Origin: Monocercomonoides exilis PA203
Taxonomy: Eukaryota; Protista; Preaxostyla
DNA length: 64,000 nucleotides
Assembly (NCBI GenBank): GCA_001643675.2
Contig: LSRY02000012.1
Span: 1,736,001 to 1,800,000, forward strand
Direction: 5' to 3'
The position numbers were made by a program, and so were the translations under genes. Below the pieces are notes generated by a model, which ran no database searches, had not been told where the DNA came from, and saw only the letters and a program-made list of their open reading frames with translations. Below, piece after piece: positions 1 through 14,500 of the stretch; position 1 is the first letter of the stretch; every line of letters begins with the position of its first letter.

Positions 1-7
1 TGCTAAC

Positions 8-241
8 ATGGGGTACAATTACTGTTTATTTTTTTATTTTGTTTTACGCCGATTGAAAGAAGAAGAGAAAGAGGAAATTGTCAAAGTGAAAAGAAATGCA
101 GCAAGAATGGAGACATTTGGAAAGATGGAAGAAGAAGGATACGAAGATTGCATTATCGGATTGCTGCTGTTAAACGCTGAGGAGATGATTAGAGATGGCT
201 ATTTAATAACAAATGTTGAAGATCTTTTTGTGCGTCCATAA
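8..241 (+). pseudogene. 3' end (fragment or last exon) of a multicopy oxymonad 'KMEEEG(Y)ED' family gene
   Basis: Translation ...RRLKEEEKEE...METFGKMEEEGYEDCIIG...EDLFVRP*. A similar C-terminus recurs at 1832-2107. The family is recalled from Monocercomonoides proteomes. The 5' part lies outside the window, so intactness cannot be judged. Confidence 0.5.
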
Positions 242-515
242 AGCGAATGCTCTTTTCTATTCTATTCATCATTGAAATCTCAGAAAAATTATCAAAAGAA
301 TGAATTTTGATTGAAATAAAGAATCAGAAGAGGCAGATGGCAGCAAATGAACTCAGAAAAAAAAATGAGAAAATGAAGAAAAAAGAAAAGACATCATCCT
401 GAAATAAGATCTTCAACTTAACAACATGAATATTCAAGACAAATGGTGAATTCTTCATTCATTTCAATTTGTCTTCCCATTATCGTCTTCTTCATCTGCT
501 TCTGCTTCAATCTCT

Positions 516-520
<5 letters not shown>

Positions 521-577
<57 letters not shown>

Positions 578-578
578 C
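521..578. repeat. 12-bp tandem repeat (ACTTTCACTCTC) x ~4.8
   Basis: Directly visible. It produces the TFTL/RVKV/ESES periodic translations in the overlapping ORFs. Confidence 0.95.
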
Positions 579-1831
579 GCATTGTATCAATCGACATTTC
601 ATCAATGAATTCGTCGCCTTTTTCTTCTGTTAATTTTGTAATGTCACACAAACCAATTAATTCCAGCAAATCTCAAAATGTTTTGAAGAATCCTTCATCG
701 CTTCGCTTTGGATGAAATATAACTACAATATTCACTATCACGTGTCTTCCACTTCTTCATTCTTATCGTCTATGTCTTCTTCTTCGCATCTTTATTCTAT
801 TTTAAAAATGTTTCAATAAGAATGGAAACTCTTTTCTCGGATAAAATTATGTTCTATTTTTTTTGGGCAATACAGACAAAAGAAAGAAAAAACATTTTGA
901 AACAAGATTTATATGAATTTCACAGACCAAAATTAACGAAACAAAAATAGAAAAAAGATGGACGAAGAGGAAGGGAAAGCTGATTTCTCCCTGAAGAGCC
1001 TAATGCATTCAATTTACGAGTTGTTTACTTCAAACTCAAAACGATGGTCCTTTTGAAGAGAACTATTTTGGAGATCAATAGAGACTTTTGCAGGAGCATC
1101 GATGAATGAAACAAGAGAGGACGGCAAACAACTTTAAAAAGTTGCACAGAGAAGGCAAGGAAATCCTGCAATAATCAACTGCCCATCCGAAAAATGGGAA
1201 AAGCTGCTTCACAAAAGTGAATTTTGTAATTCCCACAGCTTTAGCAACTGCCTTGAGAGCACAGGAAAAGGAAATAAAATCATATGTGAAGTTGACTACC
1301 AACATATCTTCCAGTCCAAAGCATCATGTTAATAAGGAGTGAATTGTTGGTTTTTTTGATTATTTTATTTATATTTATTTTTGTTCTTTTTATTTTTGAA
1401 AACCACAGTCAGAAGCATTTATTTCTTAACCTTATTGATCTAGGAAATTCTTGAAAATCATGAAAATTCAAGGAAAAAAGAAGAAATAACAGGAAAAGCA
1501 TGAAAACAAAGCTCACGAGCATAGAAAGGAGCTGTTGGAAATTATCAATGAATGAAAGAAATGCGAATTCGGAAAGAATTTCAAAGAAAAAAGTGAAAGA
1601 AGAATATGTTATATTGAGATGACTTCAAACGTTGGAGAATTACTTTCTCTTCCTTTAATTTGAAAAAGAGGAATGTTCTGAGCTTTTGAACAACCTTGAG
1701 GAAACATTTCGAATAGCAAAGGAGAATAATAGAGAAATAAGCAAACTGTGCATTTATCCATTTATTGAAGCAGCAAAAAATAAAGTAACAGAAATTGATG
1801 ACTCTCCGATAAGTTTGCTGTTAATCTATAT

Positions 1832-2107
1832 TTGAAGGAAATGAATCAATCAACTTTGAACAACAATATTGCATATCAATGCTTTGTGTTTTTAATAACA
1901 ATATCAAGACGATTGAATGAAGAGAAGAATGAAGCAAATGGAAAAGAGGCAAAAAGAAAATCTGCAAAATGGAATATGTTTGAGAAGATGGAGGAAGAAG
2001 GATGCGAAGATGCGATCACAAGTTTTCAAGAAAGATTAGATTATCTTCACAAATATTCTTTTTTTTATATATTATCAAACATTTTCGATGATTTTGTGGA
2101 TGTTTGA
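1832..2107 (+). pseudogene. Degenerate second copy of the 'KMEEEG' family C-terminus
   Basis: ...RRLNEEKNE...MFEKMEEEGCEDAITSF...DDFVDV*. No ATG start, and the upstream 1600-1830 region is broken by stops. Confidence 0.55.
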
Positions 2108-2519
2108 AAAGAAAACGTTTCACATGAATGCATTTATAAAACCTCTGAAAAATCTGTAAATTCGTGTTTTCTTTCGCTTCAAATCTTGACGATCTTCAAA
2201 GCCAAAAAAGTTCGAAAAAAATGTTTTTTTTTACATTTTTTCTCTTTTAAAGGATTTGTATTGGATGAAAGATTATATGTTATTGCGAAATTCACACTTG
2301 TCTCACTTGAAATTTATTCTCTTTCTTTGTGCGCTTTATTTCCAATAAAAATAAAACACAAATAAGATGATATGTTTTATATTAATTGTTATTGAATTTT
2401 GCTACATAAAATTGATCAATAAATAATTACATATTATAAAAGTGGACACGAATGTAAAATCAAAATTTTACATCACACAACAAATAAAATAACTACAGTA
2501 TTTTGTTTTAAACTTTTTT

Positions 2520-5500
2520 ATGGTGATTTATCTTTGTTTAATTTTTGCTGCATCATGTACTCCATTTATTACTGATGTCGCATTTGATCCCCAATTTCCA
2601 GAAATCACCGCTTTGTGCCAGCTTCGTCAGCATAATATTGGTCATTATTCTTTATCAATAACTATTTCTGATGAGACTAGTTGGAAGATATCTCGTGTAT
2701 TTTTGCGATTTAGTTCAGGTTTCATTTGAATTTTTATGTGACATTTTCATCGCAAACATTTTTCCAAAAGATATTGCGCTTAAAAACATTGTTTCATATG
2801 AGTCTTTTATTTCTTCCATTATTATAAAGAATGAAAATGAGGCTCAGTTTCCAAATTTCCCAGAAATTAATCCAAATGACGTAATAGTGACATTTGGGCC
2901 AATGCAACAGATAAATAATCATAAACGAACAGAACTTCACTTACTGTGCGATGAAGCACAGGATTTATTTGAAAATATACGATTGGTTTAAATATGCTTC
3001 AAGATTAGATTTTTATTATCTCATTTTTTTTTCTAAAATTCTGTTGTAATAGCGCTGCTTTATTGAAATTGTATCTAACAATGAAACAAGAATGCTTCAA
3101 GTGTATCTGAAACATGGAATTACAAAAGATGTGTGCAGTTTTTATAGTTGTTAATAATGAGGGGGAAATTGATAAATGAATACAATTAAAATTTTCTTTT
3201 TCAGTTTCACATTGAAGTCACTCCATTTGCATTTTGCTTGGCACGATCTGGACTGAAAGACACATGTTCTGTTATGGGATTTATGGATGCTGCACGAAAT
3301 TTTGCTTTTAATAATACATCGAAATTCAATGAAACAGAAATTCGTGGGTTTTTATCTTTGAATGGAATTCAATACAAAGAAGCAAATTTAACACGTGGAA
3401 GTTTTGAATGGGATGTAGATGATCCGGGTGAATATAACGTGCGTATCGTTCGCAACGAGCGTTCAATAAAAGAATTGAAAGTTAAGGTGACGCCAATGGA
3501 ACCATATTCGATTACTTTTGTTCACTTTTCTCTTCCTCAGTCGATGGATGTGTGTCTGAACGAAGAAAAGCTTAGACTCTTAGAAAAAAGTAAAGAAAAG
3601 TCAGAAATAAATGGCTCTTTTTTAACTGGAAGTGATTCTTCTCAGGTTTCTGAAAAGAGAGAAAGAGAAAGCACGATGCAAAACATGATTTTAGTCGAGT
3701 CATGTTTGAGTTGCGATGGAGGTTTGGCATTTGATTTTATATTATGACATGTTTGACACTTTTCTGTTTTTGCATTGACATTCATTTTTATCTATTAAAT
3801 TCCAATTTTGATTGAAAACTTTATCACTCGTGTACACTCTTTTTCTGAAAGGCGACGAATGCAACGCATTTTCTCTGCCAACACGAAGAGGCGAAGTGAC
3901 TGTTACTCTTCTCGACGCGCCAAAGGCGAAATCTCGGTATAAGCTGTTTCCCTTGTCTCAACAGCAGCAGAGCAAGTATTCTCAAACGAAGCAGCTGAAA
4001 GGCGGATTTGTTTTGTTCGATCGTCTTCCCCACTCAAATTTGGCTAATTTGACAGAATCTGCCATGTCATGCCCATCGCCTGCAAATCCAGTCAGATACA
4101 AAGTTGAGATTGCAGTGGGACAAAATGCAGGCTCGTTGCAGGAACAAAAAGTCCATCAACACTCAATCATTGTGTCTCTGACATCACCGTCGCAGATATC
4201 ACATGTCGTACTCGCCATGAAGGAAGACGAAGAAGGCGATGAAGATGAAAATGCTGAAGGATTGCCTGAATTCAATGGGGCTGCAGGTTTAAAAGCTGAT
4301 TCATCGAAACAAGAAATAGACAGTTATTCATCAGAAGATCACGACAAAGAAAGACATTGTCCATTATCAATGCAAGAAATAAGAGAACTTTCATTAAAAA
4401 TTGGAAGGTATCCGACAATTGAAGAGGCGAATGGGAAGGAAAACGGTCATTCAAGCAGAAAGACTCAGACGGGCAAGAATTCAACAGCAGAAGCTCATTC
4501 AAAAAGGAAAATTGTTGTTTTCAACGAAAACGAAGGAGAAAACGGAGCAAACGAAAGCATGTCGCGTATTCCGCACAAAAACAGCAGTTTTGCAGCTGAG
4601 CAGAACCAAATGCTTTCATCAATGGCTTCTGAAATGAATGTTCCCAAACGATGTTTGGCCAGTCTTTCTGGTGTGGCGTGTGCTGATCCGCAGCGGCGAG
4701 GGAAATGCAACAGAAACGAAATGAATAAAATGAATGAGAGAAAATTGGATGCAAACAACGGTGAGAAATTGCATTTGAATGGACAAAATCTGCCTGTGGA
4801 ACGAGCAACTTTGCATTTGAAGCGTCAGCAAACTTTGTCCGCTCTGAAGAACACTGCAAATACTTCTTCTGGAAATTCACCAGAATTTGCTGAATATTTC
4901 ATCACTCCGACTGACAACGGCACTTTTAACATCTCTTCACTGCGCCCTGGGCGATACCAGCTGTCTGTCTGTGGAAATGTTCACAGCACAACACTCAACT
5001 GCCTCTCACACGACAACAGATGCGATCACACTCCAATTGAGAAGTCACATTCTGATAGCATTGGCGAAAGAGGAATGGGCAAAAATACGATGGAAATGAT
5101 GCAAAACAAAATGAGACTGAGAAACGAAAGACCAAAAGTGGCACACCAAAATGAGAGAGAAATGGCTGAAGCAAATGAATTTGATGAAAGCGCATTTTTG
5201 GCAGATCCTCAAATGTCCTCGCATTTTTATGATTATTCCAATTCTGCCTCTCCTTTCCAGACAGCAAATGCTGACTCATCCTTTTTATCACAAAACGCTG
5301 TTTCTGAACATCATTTTTCAGCACAGAGCTGCCCTCTTTCATTTCCATACGACATTTATGTGTTTCCAGGGAGAGACAAAGAATTGTCTTTGCCTCTTTT
5401 CCACCCTTCATTGTCTGAACACACTTTTCACTCAGTCAGTGTTCTGGTTAAAACATGCGCTGATGTGAAGTCATTGGAGCAAAATGGGAAAATTAATTCA

Positions 5501-8500
5501 GATAAAATTTTCAGTCAAAGTCATCCAGCTCATCGATCCTGCATTCCTGTTCCGAACGTCTCTTTGCTGCTGATTCCGATGGAGGACAAGAGAGAAAGCG
5601 ATGGAATCCATTCGACCCCTTCTGTTGTCTCTGTTGGCTCTTCCTCCTTTTCTTCTTCAGTCTCGTTGAATTCTGCTGCTAAAAGTGCCAAACAAAAAGA
5701 AGAATCCAAAAATCTCGTCTCTTCTTTTGGACGCTTTACAACAGACAGCAAAGGAGTTGCTCAGATCACTTTGGAACACGGCAGAAAATATCATATTCGG
5801 CAGATGAAGAGCTTGGATGATAAACTCAATGAAAATGAAAATGAAAAGAAAATGACAAAAGAAGATGAACAAAAAGAGAAGCAACACAATCCAAAAACAG
5901 GAGAAAAACAAGAAATACAACAACAAATAGACGATAGCGTGTTGTCTTCTATCACTTTTGTTGCTGGCCAAACTGATTCAAACACAATTGCTTTGCCAAT
6001 TGTTGTGGGAAGTGTACCAAAAGAAGCAGAATTTGACAAAAAATCAGAAGAAAAAGAACAACAAATGAACAATGGCAACTCACAAAATGAAAAAGGAATT
6101 GAAAAAGCAGAAGAGAAACAGAATGAGCCATCAATTAAAGCGGAGAAACAAGAGATGACATATTCAGTTATCGATTTGGAGAACAATGTTCCATATCGCA
6201 CTTCCTCACAATCTTCACCTTCTTCTTCTTCTTCTCTTTTGTCGAATCCTTTGATGTATTCACGCCAGCTCCAATCTCAGCCTTCCTCTGCTTCAGCCAC
6301 ACCGCAAAAGCACCGCACTCCAAATCTTGTGCTCGAAATGTGCAGAAGCTGTGCAAGACGGACAAGTTGCGATATTCCCTTTCAGCCGGTGAGTGATCTG
6401 TTTGTTCTGCTTAGAGATTTTGAACAAGACAAAACAGAAGAAGATGATGAAAGAGGAGAAAGAAGAGGAAATAGTTCATCTAAAACATCTTCTCCACAAA
6501 CACCAGTCGCATCTGAATTGTCTTCACCATTGTCGACTCCAATCACAACTGTGCCAATTCAACCTGATCATCTGTCATCATCTCAATCATCATCATCCTC
6601 TTCTTCTTCTTCTTCTTCTCAGCCTCATCTTCAGCCTCAACCGCTGCTCTTCCGAACAGATAAAACAGGCATTGCTTCGTTTTCTGATGTTCCGCCTGGA
6701 AAATATCATGTCTTTTCGTACTCTTTGCAGCAAGAAAAAGACCCGTATTATCAGCTTCCTCACATTCAGCTGCTAAACAACAACGCGAAAGAAGGAATAT
6801 CCAAAGGCGATGAAGCCAAAAGAAATGCTTCTTCTGCTCATTTATCCGAAGAAGCAAAACAATCATCCCTTTCTACTGACAAGGATTCAAGCGATGCAAA
6901 TGCTGATAATTCTGAATCAAATGAGCTGCTAAATCCACTCATGTCAGTTCCATCTTCCTCCTCCTCTTCTTCTTCGTATTTGCGATCTGCTCAAAAGCAG
7001 AACTCGCCTCTTTCGTTCCTCTTTGCTCCGTTCAACAAGAAAGATGCCCTTACCACTGTGACTGTTTCGTCTGTCTTTCCGGCCTTTCAGCAAGTGCCTG
7101 TATTCGAAGAAGCAATCTGCCGAGGCACCGACACAGATGCCAAAGCAGAAGAAGCAAAGAAGACGATGATTGGGCTGAGCGGGACAGTCGACAGAGACAG
7201 TGAGTCAAACAGCAGAAGAAACACACTGCCATTCACAGTGATTGAAGGAGTGCTTGTGAATGATTGCGAGCAGTGGGTTGAAGATGAGCTGGAGGAAGAG
7301 GAGGAAGAGGAAAGTGAACACGAAGGCATTTTGTATGGGAAAACCGATCCAAACGAGCAAAATAGCGAGGCGAATGTGGTTGTTGATGAAAATGGCAACA
7401 AATACATTCCGATTCTTCAGTCTGACGGGTCGCTTCATTGGATCCCCAAGCCAGACGAATCGTCCAACAAGGCCTCGCTTTCTGCTCATTCGTCGCTGCA
7501 CAAGCAGAAGAGAATGTGCAAACAGCAACCGATTCCGTTCCACCCAGTTCTTGTGACGCTATTTCCGAATGGGAAGAGCGAGACGCTCATCACAAACAGC
7601 ACAGGAGGGTTTACATCTGGCCCCATTTTGGAAGAAGGAAGGTTTGTGATTTCAGCAAGTGTTCCGTGTCTTTTAGAGGAGAAAGCAGAAGAAGGGAAAA
7701 GGAAGGGAATTCAGCCGATGAAGAACTCGAAAATTGGAGCAAGCGATCGATATGAACAGAGCGAAGAAAGTTTCTTGTCTGAAGCTGAGAATGAGGATGA
7801 AGAAAGCGAAAGCGAAAATGAAAGATATGAAAAAGCGAAAAGAAGATTTGGTAAAAAAGATGAAAAAGATGGAAATTTTGTTAAAGGCGCAAAACGCTTG
7901 AGTTTTAAGAACATTATCAAAAAAATGAAGAATGCAAGCAAAACACCAAAGCAAACTGAGCAGGCAAACAAATCCGATAAGCCTAAGCAGTTGAAAGCGA
8001 AGAACATAACAGTGTTTACGACTGTTGTCATTTCTTCCGTTCCTTCGCAGAGTTTACAGTCGTCTCAGCTATCTTCTCTTTCGCCGTCTCTCACACTGAC
8101 ACACCCACCGCCTCTGAAGCTGGTTGTGAATTGTTCTCATTTCTGCTTTGGATCAATCACAGGAATTGCACAACTTGGCTGTTTTGAAGACATTCTGCTT
8201 TTGAATGGAACTGTTGTGCTGACAAAGGCCAGCGAATATGTTGAAACAGAAGGCAAAGAGAAAGAGAACGAAAGGGACAAACAGAACGGCAGCCAGCCGT
8301 CTGTCAATTTTGTGATGAAGACGCATTCTCCGCTGTCTGATCCTCATTCCACACAGCGCTCGCCGTCTGCATCAAGCAAAGTGTCTCTTTCAGCTTCGTA
8401 TGCGCCAGACTTCCACAGAGTGCTGAATGGCTCTTTCTTCATCCCCAAAGTGTATCCTGGTTCGTATCACGTTCGCTTCAGTGGCGTCTTGCCGAATGGA

Positions 8501-11500
8501 AAACAAGTGTCAAAAGGCACTTTTGTTGAAGTTGGGCAAAATGAGACGGGATTTGTGGAGTTTCTGTTTGGCAGGAAATCGATGGTGGCGAAGGAGAGAA
8601 GAATAAACAAGGAAAATGCGATGTTTTCAAAGAAGCAAAATGAGAAAGTTGGAGGAATCCACTCAAAATATGGACACAACATTGTTATTCACTCCTCAGA
8701 AGAAGACGAAAATGAGGAGACGAATGAAGAAGCTGAACTGTGTGAGGCTGTTGTTGATGGTGTTGTGTGTCTGGATTGCACTGGTACAGGCGTCTGCCAA
8801 GACAGTCGCACACACACACTGCTTCCTTCTGTGCAAGTGACAGCGACACCTGTCTTGTCCTCTTCATTTGGTGCTGCCTCATCCAATCTGCAGGAGCCAA
8901 GTGCAGATGCTGTGACAACAGAGACATCGCCACTCGGCGCATTCACGCTGACTCTTCCGCCTCGTCTGCATTCGCTGACTGTCGGGCCGATCTGCCGCGA
9001 AGGTTCCTATTTCACTCTGTCGCTGTCTTTGCGCCCAGCCTCTCATTTGTCGATTGAGGTGCCTGCACTTTGCTCAGACGAGTGCTTCTCTGCTGACTAT
9101 TCGTGGCAGGAAGACGCAGAGCTGATTGAGAGAGAGAAGGCACAAGAGAAAGCAGAGAGCGAAAAGGGCAGAGAAGACATCAACAAACTGTCATCTTCAG
9201 TGAAGAGCCCTGGAGACAGTGTGGAATATCGTGCTGTGCCTCCTCTACGCGATGGACTGGGTGCCAATTTGAGTGTTGTTGTGTGTCTCGACTGCGACGG
9301 CGACAGCATTTGTGACACGCCTTTCTCACCCCTCAAAGGAACAACCATCCAACTCACTTCTGCCTCAGATGCTGCGCCATACATCCAAAATGCTGATGCA
9401 GCCAATGCAAACATTCGCTATCCGCTGGCATCGCAGGCATCTGGCAAGCGTCCACCGGCTGTTCTCTTCTCAACAGCCACAAACAGCAGAGGAGTCGCTC
9501 TGTTTTCGCGCATTCCGCCTGGTCAATACAACATTCTGCTGGCATCTCCTTCGACTCCACCTGCATCATCAACAACATCAGCAACAGCAACATCGAGATA
9601 TGTTCAGTCATCTTCGTCATCAGCCACAAGACGTGTTGTTGAAAAGATGGTGTTTGCATCGACTGTGCTGCTTTCGAAGGGCTCTTCTCTTTCGATGGAG
9701 CTGGCTGTGGAAGACGCATCGGTGTGTGCCAACTCGAATGCAAAGCAGACACAAACAGAAACATCAATGAACAGTGCAAACGACGAAATGAGCGAGATTC
9801 TGCTGCAGCTCAACCCGAATGCTGTGAAAAAGGAGAGAGTGGTCGAGAAAGCACCTCCTCCTCCAATCAAACACCCCACAATTATTTCTATTAGCGATGA
9901 GAATCCTTCAACTACCACTACAACCACATCCACAACTTATTCTGTTTATCCCCCTTCTCTTTCTCCGTCATCATCATCATCCTCCTCTTCTTCTGATCCT
10001 GTCAATGCTAAGCAAAGTCTGATAACAGATTTGCCGCCTTCTCCAAAACAGCAGCGTTTGCACACAATCCGCGGAAAAGTGAGCGAACTCTGCACTTCGA
10101 AGCCTCTTCTGTCTAATCCTCATTCTTCTTCTGCTTCTTCTTCAGCTTTTGCATCATCAGCAGACGAGTTTCCTTCTCAAACAGCAATTCTTCCAAGGAC
10201 AATCACTTCGATCAAGCTGCTCAATCAATTGCTTACACCATCTCAGCCGTCTTCTCTTCAGATTCCATTTGCCCCTCCTTCGACATTTGCTGCTCCTTCT
10301 CCTTCTCCTTCCTCTTCTAATCCTTCTCAGCGAATTGTCACCGAAGAAACTGTCACTCGAACTGTTCGTCATTCAACAGCTCCTCCAACTTCTGCCTCCT
10401 CTTTTGCAAAACCTCCGCAATCGCCCTCAATTTCATCTGTTTCATCTGTTTCTCCGCCTCTTCCTCCTCCCTCAGCTGCATCACCATATACAACAAGCAT
10501 TCCTGCTGGAATAGAAAGAGATCTGGAGAGAGAAACAGGAAGAGAAATAGGAAGAGAAATAGGAAGAGAGATGGAACCGCGTTATGAGTGGATTGAGAGA
10601 GAAAGAATGGACAGCATCGAACGAGGCAGCAGATATCCAACAATTGACATCGACAGAATGATGCCCCCAACTCAAATTTCTGTCTCTCCACCGCCAACTT
10701 TTGCTCCGTCAAGTGCTTCCTCTTCTTCTCCGTCGAAATCGCCTCAGCCACAGCCAATACCTTCTTCTCAGTCTATTCCTTCGCCATCTTCCCAATCATT
10801 TGATCCATTTGATCCATCTTTGCAGATTCCGCAGTTGAGATATCCAATCTCTTCGTCTGGTGCATCGCCAGCTGTTCAGCCAAAAACAGCTTCTTCGACA
10901 GTGACTACAACAACAACCACAACCACAAAATCATCTTCGCCTGCTTCTTCGCAGGGAAGATATCCTTCTCTCTCTCCATCTCCCTCATCTCCCTCATCTT
11001 CATTGTCTTCTTCTTCTCCATCAATGTTGTCTGGCTCAACAACAGTGACACTCCTCTTCCCCGACAAACAGAAGACGCTGGTGACCACTCCCTCTTCTGA
11101 TGGGTCATATTCGTTCTCTGGTTTGGCAGCTGGCGAATATGTTGTCATTGCGCAGTCATCGGAATGCCCTGCAGACACACAGACAGCAGTGGTGGTTGTG
11201 TCTGACGATGGAGAGAAGGAAAGAGAAAGAGAAAGAGAAAGAAGAAGAGAAGAGAAAACAATGTTGAGGGGAATGATGGGAACAATCAATGAAGAGGAAA
11301 TAAATTCGTTTGAGAATCAGAATGATTTGGATAATGAAAAAGAGCAGAAAGAAAACGGATCATCACAAACGACAGAGGCAGCAGAAAAAGAGACAGATGC
11401 AACAACAGAACTTAACTTCCCTCTGCAAGTGATGATAGACACGATCGACTTTTATGGAACAGTCTTTTGGGATTACGGAATCTCACCATATTCCTCTTCC

Positions 11501-14500
11501 TCTTCTTCGTCTTCATCCTCCACAACAATAACACCATACATTTACCCACCGATTTTCCAGCCCATTCCCTTTGTGCTTGTTCGTGTGTACTACGAAGACA
11601 CTCTGATGGCAGAAGAATACACCACTTCGCAGGGCTCCTTCAACATCCGTGTTTCTGGGCGCTTCTGGAGCAACAGCATCATCCAGCCAAGATACTCGCA
11701 ATATGAAGAGCTGTTCAATCCATACATCAACCCACTCCCTGGTGTTGTCAGGCAAATACCCTTTTTGTTTGTTGTAGGGCCTCTTCCAGACAGACCTGTT
11801 ATGTGGAGCACTTATCCATACTCATCCTCGTCCTCTTCCACAGCCGGGTACAATCCATACAGCCAGGGCTACTACAACCCATCCAACACAAATCCTTTCT
11901 TTGAGCAGCGTGTTTGGGTCAGCGTTGGAGAGACCAATGTGCGTGTGGACATTCCCGTCGAGCAAGGCAGCAATCCCACTCCGTCTGGCTCATATTCACT
12001 TGGAGGAGAAGTCAACTTGGTGTGCGTGTTCTGCCCATACGCACACTACTGCACAGGCAACAGCAACAGCAACAGCGACATCTACCAGCCAAACATCATC
12101 CAGCCGTACAATCCGTATTCGTCTCCGTATGTTCCGCCAAACCCAGTTCCTAATCCATACACTGACCCTTATACATACCCTTACACAAATCCTTATACAA
12201 ATCCATATTCAAATCCTTATACCAGCCCATATACCAATCCATATACCAATCCTTACACTTATCCTTATAGCTCTCCATATTCATCGCCTTACTCGTCGTC
12301 TTACAGTCAGCCTGGCTCCTTTTACCAGCATTCATCGACAAGCTATTCATCCAGCCAATCAGAAGAGGCATTTGATCAGTCGTCCACCACTCGCGCCAAT
12401 TCATCGCCTTATGAAGGAATATACCCGTATGCTAATCCGTATGCACTCAACACATCGCCTCTTCTTGTTCCTGAATCTTCCACAACACTCGGTTCAAGTG
12501 CAAGTGACGGCTCTTTCTCATCTTCCCTTCCGTCGTCTTTGTCTTCAAAGTCTTCTGACGGCTCGTCCTCTTCAAATGCACAAAAAGCAGCAGATTCCAC
12601 TTATCAGCCTGCGTATTATAAGTCTTCATCTGCAACAACATCTGCATATTCATCGACTCGTCCAAGCACTCAGCAAAAGAGCGGACCTTCAAAAAGCGGA
12701 GGCGTTGGAATGTCGCCTCAGCAGATTGAGATGGAAAAGAAGGCAACGACGATGCCTTCCTCTCTGCTCAATCCTTCTTCGCCTGGTTCTTCTTCTTCCT
12801 CATCAACAGCATCGTCTCAAGGGAAGCAAGCCATTGGATATCAACCTTTGACACAGCAGCACTTGGCACAGCAACATCAACAAGCCAATCAAAAGCCTCT
12901 AATGAGCAATGATCCATCAACTGGTTCAGACTCTTCATCTTCTTCTTCGTCTTCATCTTCATTGAATAAGCCTCTTTCACACAACCCGTCTCAAACAAAC
13001 AATCCGATGTGTTCTTCATCCACCAGAACGGTTCCTCTGTCTGGCATCGAAATCTCTCTTATGAACAGCAACCTCCAAGTCCTCCAAACGACTTACACGT
13101 CTTATCCGCCTTGGTCTCCGTACTCTTCCTCATCTTCTAGTTCGATCCCCATTTATCCGCCTACTCTGAATCCATACTGTTCATCCCAAGGCAGCTCCAA
13201 TTATTTGCGTGCGGGCAGATTCTCCTTCACCAACTTGAGAGAAGGATGGTACTATCTGCGTCTGCGGCTGCCTCGCGGAGCACGACTGCTGAGCGATGTG
13301 AACAGCATTGTTCGTGCAGCTCAGTCTGGACAGACGAGAAACACAATGCTGAAAGGAGAGCTGAAGAAGGAAGGAGAAGCAGAAAAGGAAGTTATGAAGA
13401 GAGGAGAAGAGGATGTGAATGACTTGAATCAAAGATATGAGAGAAGGCAGAATGAAGCGATTCACCAGCAACAGCAGGACAAGAGAGCAGATGGACTGAC
13501 ATCTCTTCAATCACGTCCTTCATCCATTTCTCAAGATGCCTTTCGGATGAATGAAAGGGTGGATCCTCTGTTTGACCCCTATTTGGAGCGTCCGATGCAT
13601 CAGGCAATCGACTGCGAGCGATTGTTTGATTTGCGATACGGTGCATCTCCGTCTTCTCAGCCAGCACACACGCACAGAAGCCATTCTCCTCTATCAGCCG
13701 CCTCTTTCGTTGAAGAAGAGGAGACAGGAGGAAGTCAAGAAAAGCAACACTTGACTAAATCTTCTCCTCTCATTGCTGATGTGGTGGGAGATGGAAGTGA
13801 CTCTCACAACTCTTCTGGAAATGCTTTGGAATCAAACAGTATCAAATCCCTTCCTCTCACAAATCAAGCTGTGTCTCCGTCAATCTACCCTCCAATTACA
13901 CAAGTTCCGAACGGCAACACGTCTCCAACAATTCTCATTGGGCCGTTTTACGTTTCTTCAACATCAAGAAATCCTTATGCGATTATCGACATCTTTAGCA
14001 CACTTCTGTGTCGTGCTTATTTTCCTGACTTTCCCTGCGGCTCTGGCTCTTCATTTGGCTGCCCATTGTGCAGCAAACTTGCCGAAGGAGAAGAAGACTT
14101 CAGAATTGCACTTGAAGAAGGAAGGAAGCGCGAAGAGGGAGGAAGAAGTGAAATGAGAGGATTGAGTGTGGTTGTGGAAAGCGAAGATAGTGTTCATGGT
14201 GATGGAAGCAAAGAAGGAAGGAATGAAGCAATTGAACAGAAGCCATTGCACAAAGAAAATGAAGAAGAAGATGTGTATCAGAAGCAATATGAAGCAAGAT
14301 TGTTGCAGGCAATAAAAGAAATGAAGGAAAAAGAACGAGAAATGCAATTAGCAGAGCTTCAACAGCAAAGTCAACAAGCACAGCAAGATTCGAAGAACAC
14401 CCAAAATTCAAGAGCAGATCCTGATGAAGAATCGATTCCTCAGATGAAAATAACATCAGCATCTCCGTCTTCATACATCTTCCATTCTCAGCCATCGCAA

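Noticed and set aside
2520-3851. Apparent frameshifts between ORFs 2520, 2671, 3238 and 3812
   Set aside because: All are resolved by canonical GT-AG introns with matching phase.
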